DNA of 64,000 bases from assembly GCA_965222225.1 (NCBI GenBank), contig CBDCTK010000002.1:192001-256000 (forward strand), written 5' to 3'. The notes under the pieces are model-generated. The model searched no databases. It was given only the letters and a program-made list of their open reading frames with translations, and had not been told where the DNA came from. This DNA comes from Candidatus Poribacteria bacterium (lineage in GTDB: Bacteria; Poribacteria; WGA-4E; JAJDTR01). The position numbers and the translations under genes were made by a program. Positions within the stretch are counted from its first letter, which is position 1; each line of letters begins with the position of its first letter. This document shows, in pieces, positions 1-10,504 of the stretch.

Positions 1-55
1 GCTTCATTTAACGTTTTGAGATTGTTTTCTGGATAGAACCCATTAAGATTGCGCG

Positions 56-842
56 ATGATACCTGAACAACGATATCTGCTGGATACGATGGGATACCTT
101 CACTTGAAGAATGTTCTCAACTCTGAAGAGTTGGAACGCCTTCAAGATGCAGCGGAACGGCTTGTCAATACGCCACCGGAGGAGCTGCCAGTGGGCGTTT
201 ATAAGCAGAAAGGTAATCCTGCGATCGATTCTTCACAGGACAAGTATTGACGCGGTGTAACGTTCGATAGAGCCTTTGAGCATCTCACAATGCATCCTGC
301 CACGTGGCCAATTATCAAGGAGCTAACCGGAAATTAACCCTGCCTCAGCAGAGGCAACTTGATGGTTAATACGCATAAACATGCACCGATGCCGCTCCAC
401 AATGGCGATGGCGGGCAAATCCTAGCGCTCGATGTCAAACGCAATGGAAAAAACAGTCCACGCGGCTCTGGAAAGCCGGGCACGCTTTTCTGCGAGCTTT
501 CAATAGTTTTTTTGGCATCTAACGGACGTTTATCCCGGCGATGGAGGCCTACTATTAACACCGGATTCACACAGGAGTGAATTTGAGAGTCCGTATACGA
601 GGATGTTCGACTCTGAGGAAAATCTGCCTCAGGGAGTGATGAACGTTATGCCGAAAGCCGGGGATGCAGTCGTAATTCCCGAGGTTATCTTGCGCGGATC
701 TCTAAAATGGAAACCGAGGGACCGAGAGCGTCGGTTTGTGGTATGCCGATATGTACCACAGCATATTCTGGTATGGCACCCTGACACAAGAATTAGTAGA
801 AAACACATGGCGGACGTACGAGAAGGAAATCACAAAGCGTGA
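56..842 (+). pseudogene. PhyH-family (phytanoyl-CoA dioxygenase-like) pseudogene
   Basis: N-terminus EQRYLLDTMGYLHLKNVL is typical of the PhyH paralogs here. The frame continues past TGA (248-250) as RGVTFDRAFEHLTMHPATWPIIKELTGN, hits TAA, then frameshifted fragments include PKAGDAVVIPE and RERRFVVCRY. Confidence 0.75.
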
Positions 843-1091
843 TACCATTCGTTTGATTTAGTTGAGTTGTGTGTTGACTTAAGCGGCGCCCAACCTGAAG
901 GGAGGGCGCAAGCTCTGTTGATTCACGCAAGATTTCGTCCAATTCAAGATTTGCCGTGGTATGTGTTGACTGCTGACGGACATGAACGTGATTGTTCAAA
1001 TCTACTCATCGTTGCAAGCGTGGTCAGCATCTAGCTTGGTTTCAGTTTCAGATAAGGTAATTTAGATAACCCTCAATTTCGGGAGGTAGCA

Positions 1092-1852
1092 ATGGCAGGA
1101 AGAATGGAAGGCAAGGTCGCCATTGTCACTGGCGGCAAAAGTGGTATGGGTTTGGCGACAGTCGAGATGTTTGTGGAGGAGGGTGCCCGCGTGATGATTG
1201 CGGCAGCGGTGAAGAACGTGGACAAGCGGCTGTTGACAGGCTTCGTGAAAACGCCGCCTTCATACAAACTGATGTGACTTCCGAAGACGACGTCAAGGAC
1301 ATGATTGAGGCGACTGTGGATCGGTGCGGACGTGTAGATGGTCTCTTCAGTGACGCCGCCGCCGGGCGCCCAGCCGCCAAAGTCGAGGACTATGATACAA
1401 CTGACTTTCAGTCGCGGATGATGAATATTCTCGGATTCGTGTTTCTTGGTATGAAGCACGTTGTCCCCGTCATGAAGAAGCAGAGCGGTGGAAACATCAT
1501 CAACAATGGCAGCACCGCGGCGGTCAACGTTGATGGCTGCAGCTCCGCGATTTACAGCGCGGCTAAAGCGGGCGTCATTCATGCAACCAAATTTTGGGCA
1601 CTCGAACTGGCGGAATTCAGTATCCGGGTGAATTGCATTTCGCCCGGCGCTATCATGACCCCGATAATGGTCGGTGGATATCACCGTTACGAACCGGCGA
1701 GCTCGATCGCCTTTTGGGGCGAGTGGAGTCACACTTTGCGTAAGTTTTTCCCCTGAGACGAGCTGGTAGGCCAAAAGACATTGCGTATGCCGCGGTATAC
1801 TTAGCTAGTAATGAAAGCCTGTACACCACCAGACACAATTTGGTATTGAATC
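1092..1852 (+). pseudogene. Short-chain dehydrogenase/reductase pseudogene
   Basis: GKVAIVTGGKSGMG Rossmann motif, YSAAK catalytic motif and IRVNCISPG are split over frameshifted fragments 1092-1277, 1274-1756 and a 3' piece RAGRPKDIAYAAVYLAS. The end coordinate is approximate. Confidence 0.8.
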
Positions 1853-2048
1853 GGGCAATACGCTCGGAAGAAGCCAAGCTGAACAGGACTTGCACAGCGC
1901 TAGAAGGAAGAAGGCGGTCTTTGGCTCGGACTAACGACCATATTAAACCCACGTCTGCCGAGATTTCTTGTCGTTCAATTGCTAGTGGATGAGTGTTAAT
2001 AGCAGACGTCGCAGCACAGCAACTTTGCTAACAGCATTGGAGAAGTCA

Positions 2049-3416
2049 ATGAGTTCATCGAAACCGAACATTATCTTGGTCAACTGTGACGACCTTGGCT
2101 ATGGCGATTTAGGTTGTTATGGATCAACTGTGAACCATACTCCGACACTCGATCGCATGGCGCAAGAGGGAGTAAGATTTACCGACTTTTACATGGCATC
2201 GCCTGTGTGTTCTCCTTCACGTGGCGCCATGATGACGGGGTGCTACCCCAAGCGAATCGGTTTTGGGGACTTTGAAGGGCAAATCGTGCTTTTTCCCGGT
2301 CAGGGGATAGGCTTGAATGCGAACGAGATTACCGTTGCTGAGATACTCAAGGAGCAGGGGTATGCGACGATGCTAGTGGGAAAATGGCACTGTGGCGATC
2401 AGCCCGAATTCATGCCGACGCGCCACGGGTTCGATCACTACTACGGCATTCCTTACAGTAACGACATGGGCAGACAGCCGGGCCGCGAGAATCGGTTCCC
2501 TCCATTGCCGTTATTATGTGACGAAGAGGTAATCCAAGAGCAACCCGACCAAGCGGCACTCACCGAACGTTATGTGGAACAGGCGGTGCGTTTCATCCGA
2601 AACAATCGCGAACAGCCGTTTTTTCTGTACTTTGCCCACATGTATGTCCATCTGCCTATCTACCCTCCCGAGGCGTTCCTGAAACAATCGGAGAATGGAC
2701 GATATGGCGGTGCGGTCGAGCACATTGACTGGTCAATGGCAGTGATACTGAATGAACTTCAGCGGTTGGGGTTGGACGACGACACCTTGGTTGTTTTCAC
2801 CTCAGATAACGGTGCGAGAGGCGACAATGGCGGCAGCAACGCTCCTTTGCGCGGCCGCAAAGGCACAACATGGGAAGGGGGACAGCGGGTGCCCTGTCTG
2901 ATGCGCTTTCCCGGGAGTATTCCCGCGGGAATTGTCAACAGCGAGATTGCGACTGCAATGGACTTTCTGCCGACCTTTGCGGGATTGGCGGGGGCGAATG
3001 TACCTTTTGATCGAGCGATTGATGGTAAAGATATTCGCCCACTTATGTTCGGGGCGAGCGGTACAGTTTCTCCGCATCGCGCGTTCTTCTACTATTCCGG
3101 GGAAAATATTGAAGCTGTGCGTTCAGGGAAATGGAAACTCCACATCCGCAAGAGGAACGCGGAGATACGTGAGTTGTATGACCTAGAAGCGGACATCGGC
3201 GAGACGCACAATCTATATGACCGGCACCCGGACGTGGTAAAAGCATTGGAAGCCGAGATTCAAGCCTGTCGGGAGGATATTGGGGATAAAGCAGTTGAAA
3301 CAGAAGGTGCCAACTGTCGTCCGATTGGCGTGGTCGAGAATCCGGAACCCCTAACCACGTACGATCCCAACCATCCTTATATCATCGCCATGTACGACCT
3401 AGAGGATGCCGGTTAG
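2049..3416 (+). CDS. Arylsulfatase-family (formylglycine-dependent) sulfatase
   Basis: PNIILVNCDDLGYGD, CSPSR (CxPxR), GKWH and FTSDNG motifs. Start chosen at ATG 2049 (the ORF opens at 1989). No signal peptide seen. Confidence 0.93.
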   Translation: MSSSKPNIILVNCDDLGYGDLGCYGSTVNHTPTLDRMAQEGVRFTDFYMASPVCSPSRGAMMTGCYPKRIGFGDFEGQIVLFPGQGIGLNANEITVAEILKEQGYATMLVGKWHCGDQPEFMPTRHGFDHYYGIPYSNDMGRQPGRENRFPPLPLLCDEEVIQEQPDQAALTERYVEQAVRFIRNNREQPFFLYFAHMYVHLPIYPPEAFLKQSENGRYGGAVEHIDWSMAVILNELQRLGLDDDTLVVFTSDNGARGDNGGSNAPLRGRKGTTWEGGQRVPCLMRFPGSIPAGIVNSEIATAMDFLPTFAGLAGANVPFDRAIDGKDIRPLMFGASGTVSPHRAFFYYSGENIEAVRSGKWKLHIRKRNAEIRELYDLEADIGETHNLYDRHPDVVKALEAEIQACREDIGDKAVETEGANCRPIGVVENPEPLTTYDPNHPYIIAMYDLEDAG

Positions 3417-4255
3417 AGACAGTCATTGGTCCGACTAAGAGGGGCCTGGCTATTGGTCGTTGGGGCGAAACAATCAGTCGTCGTTCCGGTGTCAGGCGTT
3501 CGAGGAGTTCCGGCGATGGTTGGTAACCGTACCGAAAATTTCCCCAAGACGGTCTGTAGCGGTACACTATCATGCGCCGATTACGCGGATTCACGCGCTT
3601 GGCGACGCCGTGCGCTGTCCAGTCCACAAACAGTAGAGCATCCCCTGCCAGCAAGAATACTTCAATGGCACCTTCGATATTCTCCACTGATGCACCATAT
3701 GGAACCGGGTTATCATTGAAGTACGGGTGTGGAAAGTTAGACTTGTGGCTGCGGGGATAACCATTGTAGGTCCATCACCGGTACCGATGTCCGTTAACGC
3801 CACGAGGAGGTTGATCTGACCACACATGAATTTCCCGTTGCGAAACGCAAACGCGCCACGTTAGCCTCTTGACTGGAGTGAAGCCCGATAACCTCTCCGG
3901 GTTCTCGAAAGTTGACATGGTTTTCATCAATAAAGAGGGAGCCATGGTTGTAATCGAACGTTCCTTCACCGCCGCCGAAGCGCTTAATCTTATCAATCCA
4001 TGACGGATGATAGATTAGCTTCTCAAACGGCTCACCCGCCTCGTAAATCTGTTGGTAGTTCACACCGGAAGTTTTGTCGCCATATTGATGCCCGTGGATA
4101 TAGCCATACCACTCTCCCGGTTTCAGCGGCGGGATCGTACCCAAACAGTCGTTGAGATCCTTCACTTCAGCCCTTGTCAATGCGCCTTCCAGATGCAGAA
4201 ATCCTTGTAAATCAAAGAAGTAATCGTCCCTATCAACTACCATATTTTCCTCCAT
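3382..4255 (-). pseudogene. PhyH-family dioxygenase pseudogene
   Basis: YFFDLQGFLHLEGAL, NLLVALTDIGTGDGPTMVIP and AGDALLFVDWTAHG...RRMIVYRY lie in three different frames. Confidence 0.8.
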
Positions 4256-4351
4256 CCATATTGGGCTTGCACGCTCCTGCTTGAAGTAGCAATCTTCCTA
4301 ATTGTTTCAGGGTTTTGACTTTGATGCTCAAGCTCAATTGTGTGGCCTGTT

Positions 4352-6166
4352 TTAAGCCTTTTTCCCCCGCTCACTCAAGTGTTTCCGGATATTTGCTGCT
4401 ATTGCATGAGTGATTCCTTTTACGCACAGTAATTGGTCCAGGCTTGCGCCACGGATGTTTTCAATAGAGCCGAAATGCTGAAGTAACGCCTGTTTGCGTT
4501 TGGTACCAACGTTGGGAATTTCGTCTAGCACTGAGTGGCTTAGAGCCCGACTGCGCAATTTGCGATGATAGGTAAGGGCGAAGCGATGTGCCTCATCGCG
4601 CAGACGCTGGATTAGATGAAGAGTTGGATTGTCATGACGGAGCACAATCGGATCAGACTGTTCGGGCAAAAAGATGTGCTCAAATCGTTTGGCGAGCCCG
4701 ATAATTGGAAGATGGCTAAGGTTGAGAGTTTCTAGAGCTTCACAAGCAGCGCTTAGTTGTCCCTTGCCACCATCGATCAGAATCAGATCGGGCAAAGCGT
4801 TTTCTTCAATAGCGCGGCGCATCCGCCGACTTAACACCTCATTCATCATCGCAAAGTCGTCCTGACCTTGTACCGTGCGAATCTTAAAACGTCGATACTC
4901 CGATTTAGCGGGTTCGCCATCCTCTAGCACCACCATTGAGCCGACAGCAAACTGATTTCCGAGGTTGGAAATGTCAAGTCCTTCAATTCGTTGAGGTGGG
5001 CGAGAAAGATCCAACAATTCCTGTAGTTCAAGTAGTGCAGGGTTGTCCCCGGCTTTGTAAACGACGTGCGTTTCCTTTTGACTGAGGATGAGTTCAGCAT
5101 TCTTCGATGCCATCTCCACTAACCGTCGCATTCGCCCTTTCTGTGGGACATGCAAGTTTGTGCCTCTGCCACGCTTCTCGGTCAGCCATTTTTGAATTGC
5201 CTCCGGCATGTCGGTCTCATTGGGCAAAACAATTGTACTGGGGATAAACGAGGCATTTTGATAGTATTGTTGGACAAAAGCTGTCAAAGATTGAACTGGC
5301 GATTCTGAATCGACATCGTTCAGAAAGTAGTGTTCCCTATCTATCAACTTTCCGTCACGCACCATCAACACTTGGGCGCACGCTTCCGTGCCGTTGTAGG
5401 CAATTCCAATTATATCTTCATCTGCTGCGGAAACGGTATCAAGATTTTGCCTAGCGACTGCTTGGTTGACCATTTCGATCCAGTCCCGGTACTTGGCAGC
5501 TCTCTCAAAATCTAATGCAGCGGCGGCTGTTTCCATTTTCTCTTTCAGTTCCTGGATGACTTGCCGCGTGTTGCCGCCCAGAAACCGGCAAACGTTTTGA
5601 ACGATTTCATCATATTCGGCTGTATTGATCAGGTCGGCACAGGGACCGGGACAGCGATTGATGTGAAAGTCCAAACAGACTCGATAGGGATTTTCTGACG
5701 CTTTCAAGTCTAGACCGCATGTGCGGATGGGGAAAACTTTCGTGAGTTGCTTAATCGTCTGGCGAATCGCCCGTACGTGCACAAATGGTCCGAAGAATTT
5801 GGCGCCGGAGTTGTCGGTTTGGCGCGTAACGCTCAGCCTTGGAAAAGGCTCTTGAACGGAGACTTTCAGGTAAGGGTAACGTTTGTCGTCCTTCAGCTTG
5901 ACGTTGTAGCGCGGTTGATGTTCCTTGATAAGATTATTCTCAAGAATGAGAGCTTCGACACTATTTGCGGTAACCACATAGTCTACGTCATTGACGTAGC
6001 GCATCATTGGCTTCGGCATGAAATGCGGCTGAGCTGAAGACTGAAAATAAGAAGCCACGCGATGGCGTAGTGACGATGCTTTGCCAACGTAGAGGACTTC
6101 CCCCTGCACATTCTTCATCAAGTAGACGCCGGGATTCGAAGGGAGATTTTTGAAAGGATTAGCCAT
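4352..6166 (-). CDS. uvrC: Excinuclease ABC subunit C
   Basis: GIY-YIG N-terminus (PGVYLMKN...LYVGKA), UVR domain, RIEGLDISN, LIDGGKGQL, RDEAHRFA and a C-terminal HhH. Confidence 0.98.
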   Translation of the reverse strand: MANPFKNLPSNPGVYLMKNVQGEVLYVGKASSLRHRVASYFQSSAQPHFMPKPMMRYVNDVDYVVTANSVEALILENNLIKEHQPRYNVKLKDDKRYPYLKVSVQEPFPRLSVTRQTDNSGAKFFGPFVHVRAIRQTIKQLTKVFPIRTCGLDLKASENPYRVCLDFHINRCPGPCADLINTAEYDEIVQNVCRFLGGNTRQVIQELKEKMETAAAALDFERAAKYRDWIEMVNQAVARQNLDTVSAADEDIIGIAYNGTEACAQVLMVRDGKLIDREHYFLNDVDSESPVQSLTAFVQQYYQNASFIPSTIVLPNETDMPEAIQKWLTEKRGRGTNLHVPQKGRMRRLVEMASKNAELILSQKETHVVYKAGDNPALLELQELLDLSRPPQRIEGLDISNLGNQFAVGSMVVLEDGEPAKSEYRRFKIRTVQGQDDFAMMNEVLSRRMRRAIEENALPDLILIDGGKGQLSAACEALETLNLSHLPIIGLAKRFEHIFLPEQSDPIVLRHDNPTLHLIQRLRDEAHRFALTYHRKLRSRALSHSVLDEIPNVGTKRKQALLQHFGSIENIRGASLDQLLCVKGITHAIAANIRKHLSERGKKA

Positions 6167-6325
6167 TTGGAGGTTTATCTGCCGTATTAAAATCTTCTGT
6201 CGGACGCGATGTTAAATAACATAAATCAGCGATCGATACGCCAATGCGTACAAACACGCTTTCTAGACGTTCCTGAGGTTGAGGTATAGTGGTTGATCAG
6301 AAATCTAATTCTTGGGATTAATGTC

Positions 6326-7039
6326 TTATGCGTCAGGTTTCTCAAATACTGCACGGTAAATCTTCCGCCCTTCTGTCAGATACTTCATCTCAAAATTCGT
6401 TTGAATGTGTTCTGCCGGAACCAACGCTGAGGTTGTCTCAACAAGACACGTTGATTGGCCAATCCTGTATCGGATTTCGTCGAAATACTCGTCGTAATCC
6501 GTCATAACGTAGAGGCGGCCACCGCTTGGATACAAAGTGCGTTCAACCCCTCGCAGCCATGTCTCATTTCTGAAGAGTCGGCGCTTGTGCTGGCGCTTTT
6601 TTGGCCATGGATCGGGGAAGTAAACATGATACGCTTGTACACACTTCTCAGCGACATAACAATCGACAAACCGCGCAGCGTCACTCCAAGCCAATCGCAC
6701 ATTCGGAAAGAGGGAGACATCCAATCTGCCAGTGCGGTGACCGGTATGTTTGATATGCTTTTGAAATCGCTGCTGTGTCCGTCTAACATACTTCGGCGCC
6801 CGCTCTATACCCAAATAGTTGATTTCCGGGTGCTGCCTTGCGATTTCAAGCAGAAAACGCCCTTTGCCACAGCCAATCTCAATCTCAACCGGGTCTTCAT
6901 TTCCAAAGATTGCTGTCCAGCAGATTGGAGCGCGAATGTCATCCAAGCTAGTTTGTGTTCCGCTATCAAGGTCAATAATGCAGGAATTGAACTGTGTGAA
7001 CTTGTAGAAGGTTTCGTCGTAACGAGGCTCTTCGTTCAT
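6326..7039 (-). CDS. trmB: tRNA (guanine-N7)-methyltransferase
   Basis: VEIEIGCGKGRFL, FPDPWPKKRQHKRRL and TNFEMKY motifs. Confidence 0.95.
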   Translation of the reverse strand: MNEEPRYDETFYKFTQFNSCIIDLDSGTQTSLDDIRAPICWTAIFGNEDPVEIEIGCGKGRFLLEIARQHPEINYLGIERAPKYVRRTQQRFQKHIKHTGHRTGRLDVSLFPNVRLAWSDAARFVDCYVAEKCVQAYHVYFPDPWPKKRQHKRRLFRNETWLRGVERTLYPSGGRLYVMTDYDEYFDEIRYRIGQSTCLVETTSALVPAEHIQTNFEMKYLTEGRKIYRAVFEKPDA

Positions 7040-7238
7040 TTTTTTCGTTCAAGGGAAACAAGACGAGATTCGGAGTTTACCCGTGTATGTTCCTGCACTG
7101 TTTAGGTCTTTGAGACTGTTATGTTACAGCGTCAGTTTTCTGCCTCTGTCATACGCTGCGCACTGTCTTGACGCACGGTAACCGCGTTTATCATAGCTTC
7201 TGCTGGACACGGGAGATCTGGGTGGCCGGGTCATCACA

Positions 7239-7267
7239 AATATAGCATAGCGCCCTCCGAAATTCAA
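7239..7267 (-). promoter_or_regulatory. Putative sigma70 promoter upstream of trmB-uvrC
   Basis: Minus strand reads TTGAAT-17 bp-TATATT with an extended -10 TG. Confidence 0.5.
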
Positions 7268-7429
7268 CACAAAGCAAATCTCATGCCGGGGGAAACGCAT
7301 CATGGATCAAGAATGTACTATCTTCGATTTGATAATTGAAGATAGGATTACGCAAATGGCGCGGATGGGGGATTGCGCGTATGCAAAGACGAAAGGGAAA
7401 TCGAAGGAACGGAATCGTAGATTTGATGA

Positions 7430-9355
7430 TTGAAGAGAGTCTCTATCGCGGTCTCTATCCACTTCCTTAATCTTGTACAATCAGGTACGATTGCCGTGGT
7501 TTCAAAATCGCTTTACAAGGGGCTCAGATCGGTGTATAATCCGAATCTTGACACACGTTCGCCAGAAATCTCGGATCGGCCTTCTTTTATGTTCGGGCAA
7601 GTTGAAAACTCTCTGAAAATAGTAGTCATTAGTTTCTTTTGTCTACTTACCGTCGTCCCTTTTGTAACCGCAGCTACTACAGACCGAGGTGCGCCTCTGT
7701 TTACCGAAATTACGTCGGCGGTTGGGATTGAGGATACTTCCGAGCGGTGGCCTTCCGATGGCACCTATACCTTGCCGGAGATTATGGGAGGCGGGGTTGC
7801 ACTGTTTGACTACGACAATGATGACGACCTTGACCTTCTTCAAATCCGATCTCTCCTTTTCCGGGGATCAACCGTTGAGACGGAGCGACGTACTACGGAA
7901 ATCTTTAGCGGACACCAAACAGGGCTTTTCTGGACACACTTTCGCCTCTTTCAACAGCAGCCGGACGGTTCGTTCTCCGAAGTTACGGGTGCCGCGGGCT
8001 TAAGCGATGCAGGATATGGACAGGGGATAGCTGTTGGAGACACCGACAATGATGGAGATTTAGACTTGTATGTTACCAATTATGGTGCTGATGTCTTCTA
8101 TCGAAACAACGGTGATGGAACTTTCGTCAATGTAACGGAGGCTTCCGGATTCTCGGGGGGAGGTTGGAGCACGTCCGCGGCGTTTTTGGACTACGATGCG
8201 GATAGCTATCTCGATCTTTACGTGGCTCGCTATCTTCGTTTTGATCCCGCCGTGTCCTGCCAAAGGCTAAGTGACGCACGTGACTATTGCGGCCCTCAGA
8301 GTTTTGATGGCATACCGGACTCACTCTACCGGAATAACGGGGACGGCACTTTTAGCGATGTAACCACCGAAGTCGGAATCATCTCGTCCGACAAAGGGCT
8401 GGGCGTTGTATGTGCCGATTTCACCTCGGATGGTTGGGTAGACCTATATGTCGCCAACGACGGAGAGGCAAATCGACTCTGGGTCAACTCGGGTTCGGGC
8501 ACTTTCTACGATGAAGCAATTATGCGCGGCTTAGCCTTCAATACTCACGGTAAGGCGGAAGCTAGTATGGGGGTCACTGTTGGAGACGCGGATCGCGATG
8601 GCAAACTTGACCTGTTTATGACGCATTTTAGTCGAGAGACCAACACTCTCTACACGGCCTCGAGCTATGGAATATTCACAGATGCGACCGATAGCTCCGG
8701 TTTCGCGGGAATCGACCTGCCGTTTACCGGGTTTGGGTGCGGCTTTTTCGATTTCGATCACGACGCCGATCTTGATATCGCCCTCGTGAACGGACGGGTT
8801 ATGCGCGGTCCCGACCTACCGGGAGCTAGCATCGGCAAGTTCTGGAATCCCTACGCGGAACCCAACCTGTTATTCGAGAATAATGGGCATGGGCAGTTTA
8901 CCGATATGGGCGCACGCGGCGGTAAATTCACTTCCCAAGTTGAGATTAGTCGTGGACTGGCTTTTGGCGATATTGACCGTGATGGGGACCTTGATTTCGT
9001 CGTTGGAAACATCTGGGGAGCGCCGCGGGTATTCAGAAATGATGCGCCTGCACTCGGCACGCATTGGCTGTCAATCCGAGCCATGACTGGCAAGCGAGAC
9101 GCTATTGGCGCGCAGGTGACGGTTGTGGCAGAGGGTGCCAAGTTCGTCGGGCTTGTACTGCCAGCATACAGCTATCTAAGTAGCAGTGATTTCAAAGCCC
9201 ATTTTGGATTGGGAAAGATTGAGGATATTGAGGCGATTGAAGTCGTGTGGCCCGATGGGAGTCAAGAACGGTTCATTATACCCCGCGTTGACCGGATAGT
9301 AACGGTTCGGCAAGGTGAAGGAGAGTCCTTAGGAAGTTTGACTTTATCTAAGTAA
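7430..9355 (+). CDS. CRTAC1-family protein (FG-GAP/VCBS repeats plus ASPIC/UnbV domain)
   Basis: Repeated DYDNDDDLDL / DTDNDGDLDLYV motifs. C-terminal RDAIGAQVTV...SYLSSSDFKAHFGLG...WPDG. The true start is probably downstream of 7430, near the hydrophobic signal segment. Confidence 0.9.
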   Translation: MKRVSIAVSIHFLNLVQSGTIAVVSKSLYKGLRSVYNPNLDTRSPEISDRPSFMFGQVENSLKIVVISFFCLLTVVPFVTAATTDRGAPLFTEITSAVGIEDTSERWPSDGTYTLPEIMGGGVALFDYDNDDDLDLLQIRSLLFRGSTVETERRTTEIFSGHQTGLFWTHFRLFQQQPDGSFSEVTGAAGLSDAGYGQGIAVGDTDNDGDLDLYVTNYGADVFYRNNGDGTFVNVTEASGFSGGGWSTSAAFLDYDADSYLDLYVARYLRFDPAVSCQRLSDARDYCGPQSFDGIPDSLYRNNGDGTFSDVTTEVGIISSDKGLGVVCADFTSDGWVDLYVANDGEANRLWVNSGSGTFYDEAIMRGLAFNTHGKAEASMGVTVGDADRDGKLDLFMTHFSRETNTLYTASSYGIFTDATDSSGFAGIDLPFTGFGCGFFDFDHDADLDIALVNGRVMRGPDLPGASIGKFWNPYAEPNLLFENNGHGQFTDMGARGGKFTSQVEISRGLAFGDIDRDGDLDFVVGNIWGAPRVFRNDAPALGTHWLSIRAMTGKRDAIGAQVTVVAEGAKFVGLVLPAYSYLSSSDFKAHFGLGKIEDIEAIEVVWPDGSQERFIIPRVDRIVTVRQGEGESLGSLTLSK

Positions 9356-9394
9356 ATGACTGGACAGGATTAGAAGAATTGCTATATACCTTGA

Positions 9395-9500
9395 AAATCT
9401 CTATCGCATTGCGATTTCCATGGGAACTCTATCAAGATCTTCTATCGCCTTCGTTAACCACTCAGTTGATTGGTCGCTGTTGGCTCACTTGATCGTTGTT
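9395..9500 (+). repeat. Dispersed CTAT/GATC periodic intergenic element, copy 1
   Basis: CTAT/CCAT at 9401, 9418, 9429 and 9442, followed by CTCAGTTGAT and CACTTGATC. Similar to the copies near 18470, 25675 and 54082. Confidence 0.6.
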
Positions 9501-9640
9501 TACTCCACTTAAGCGTAGTGGGCGCGAAAATCAGGGATTTGGCCATCCCCTATCGCACCGTACGAAAAATAGTGGGTAGTGCACACCCTACATATATTCA
9601 AAGTCGAACTTAGGCTACGAATACGAGGTGGAAAACACAA

Positions 9641-10435
9641 ATGAGCACCCCAATAACAGAAGGAGATTGGGAGGTTGAAACTACTGTTAGCGATGCGCAA
9701 TTGGATTTCTACCGTGAGCACGGTTATCTCAAGTTCGGAAGAGTTTTCACGAAGCCGGAGTTAAATACATTGCGTGAGCACGTCGATGACATGATAGCCT
9801 CCCTGTCTGAAGACAAGCGTCCAGAGCAGATGGATGTGCCCCATTTCCAGAATCCGTTCCTGTTCAAATACCTAGCGCATCCGCGTGTCTTGGATGTCAT
9901 AGAACGATTCATCGGTGCAGATATCGTTCTGTGGTCGAGTCATTTTATCAGTAAACGTTCCGGTGACGGTTTGGCGGTGCCTTGGCATCAGGACGGCGTT
10001 TATTGGGGAAATCGGCTGGAGCCAATGCGCGTTATCACTATGTGGTTGGCTGTTGACGAGTCCCTAGTTACTAATGGGTGTATGCGAGTAATCGCCGGAA
10101 GTCATAAACTTAGGGATCGACGGTATGAAGAGGTAGACAACCACGACGAAAGCTTGTTCCATAACGAAGTTACCGCGGATGATATCGATCCGTCAAAAAT
10201 CGTGGATTTGGAGTTACAAATCGGCGAATGTCACTTCCATGACGGCTTTACCATTCACGGTTCCAACCCCAACACCTCCCAAAGGCGTCGATGTGGCTAC
10301 ACAATGCGCTATATGCCCGCAACCGTCCGTTGCAACGACCCCGTGCTGAATTCCAACCATCACGTTTATCTTTTGCGCGGGAAGGACCGTACCGGCGGCT
10401 CAAACATCTACACGACTTTGCCAACGGGGGTGTGA
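9641..10435 (+). CDS. PhyH-family Fe(II)/2OG dioxygenase
   Basis: WHQD...TIHGSNPNTSQRRR: HxD...H facial triad with the 2OG-binding Arg. Confidence 0.93.
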   Translation: MSTPITEGDWEVETTVSDAQLDFYREHGYLKFGRVFTKPELNTLREHVDDMIASLSEDKRPEQMDVPHFQNPFLFKYLAHPRVLDVIERFIGADIVLWSSHFISKRSGDGLAVPWHQDGVYWGNRLEPMRVITMWLAVDESLVTNGCMRVIAGSHKLRDRRYEEVDNHDESLFHNEVTADDIDPSKIVDLELQIGECHFHDGFTIHGSNPNTSQRRRCGYTMRYMPATVRCNDPVLNSNHHVYLLRGKDRTGGSNIYTTLPTGV

Positions 10436-10504
10436 GCACAGGGACAAGATGAAGTACGATTCCGCCGCAGGCGCGGTGGCGTTGTGTAGAGGGCGATTCG
10501 TCAG

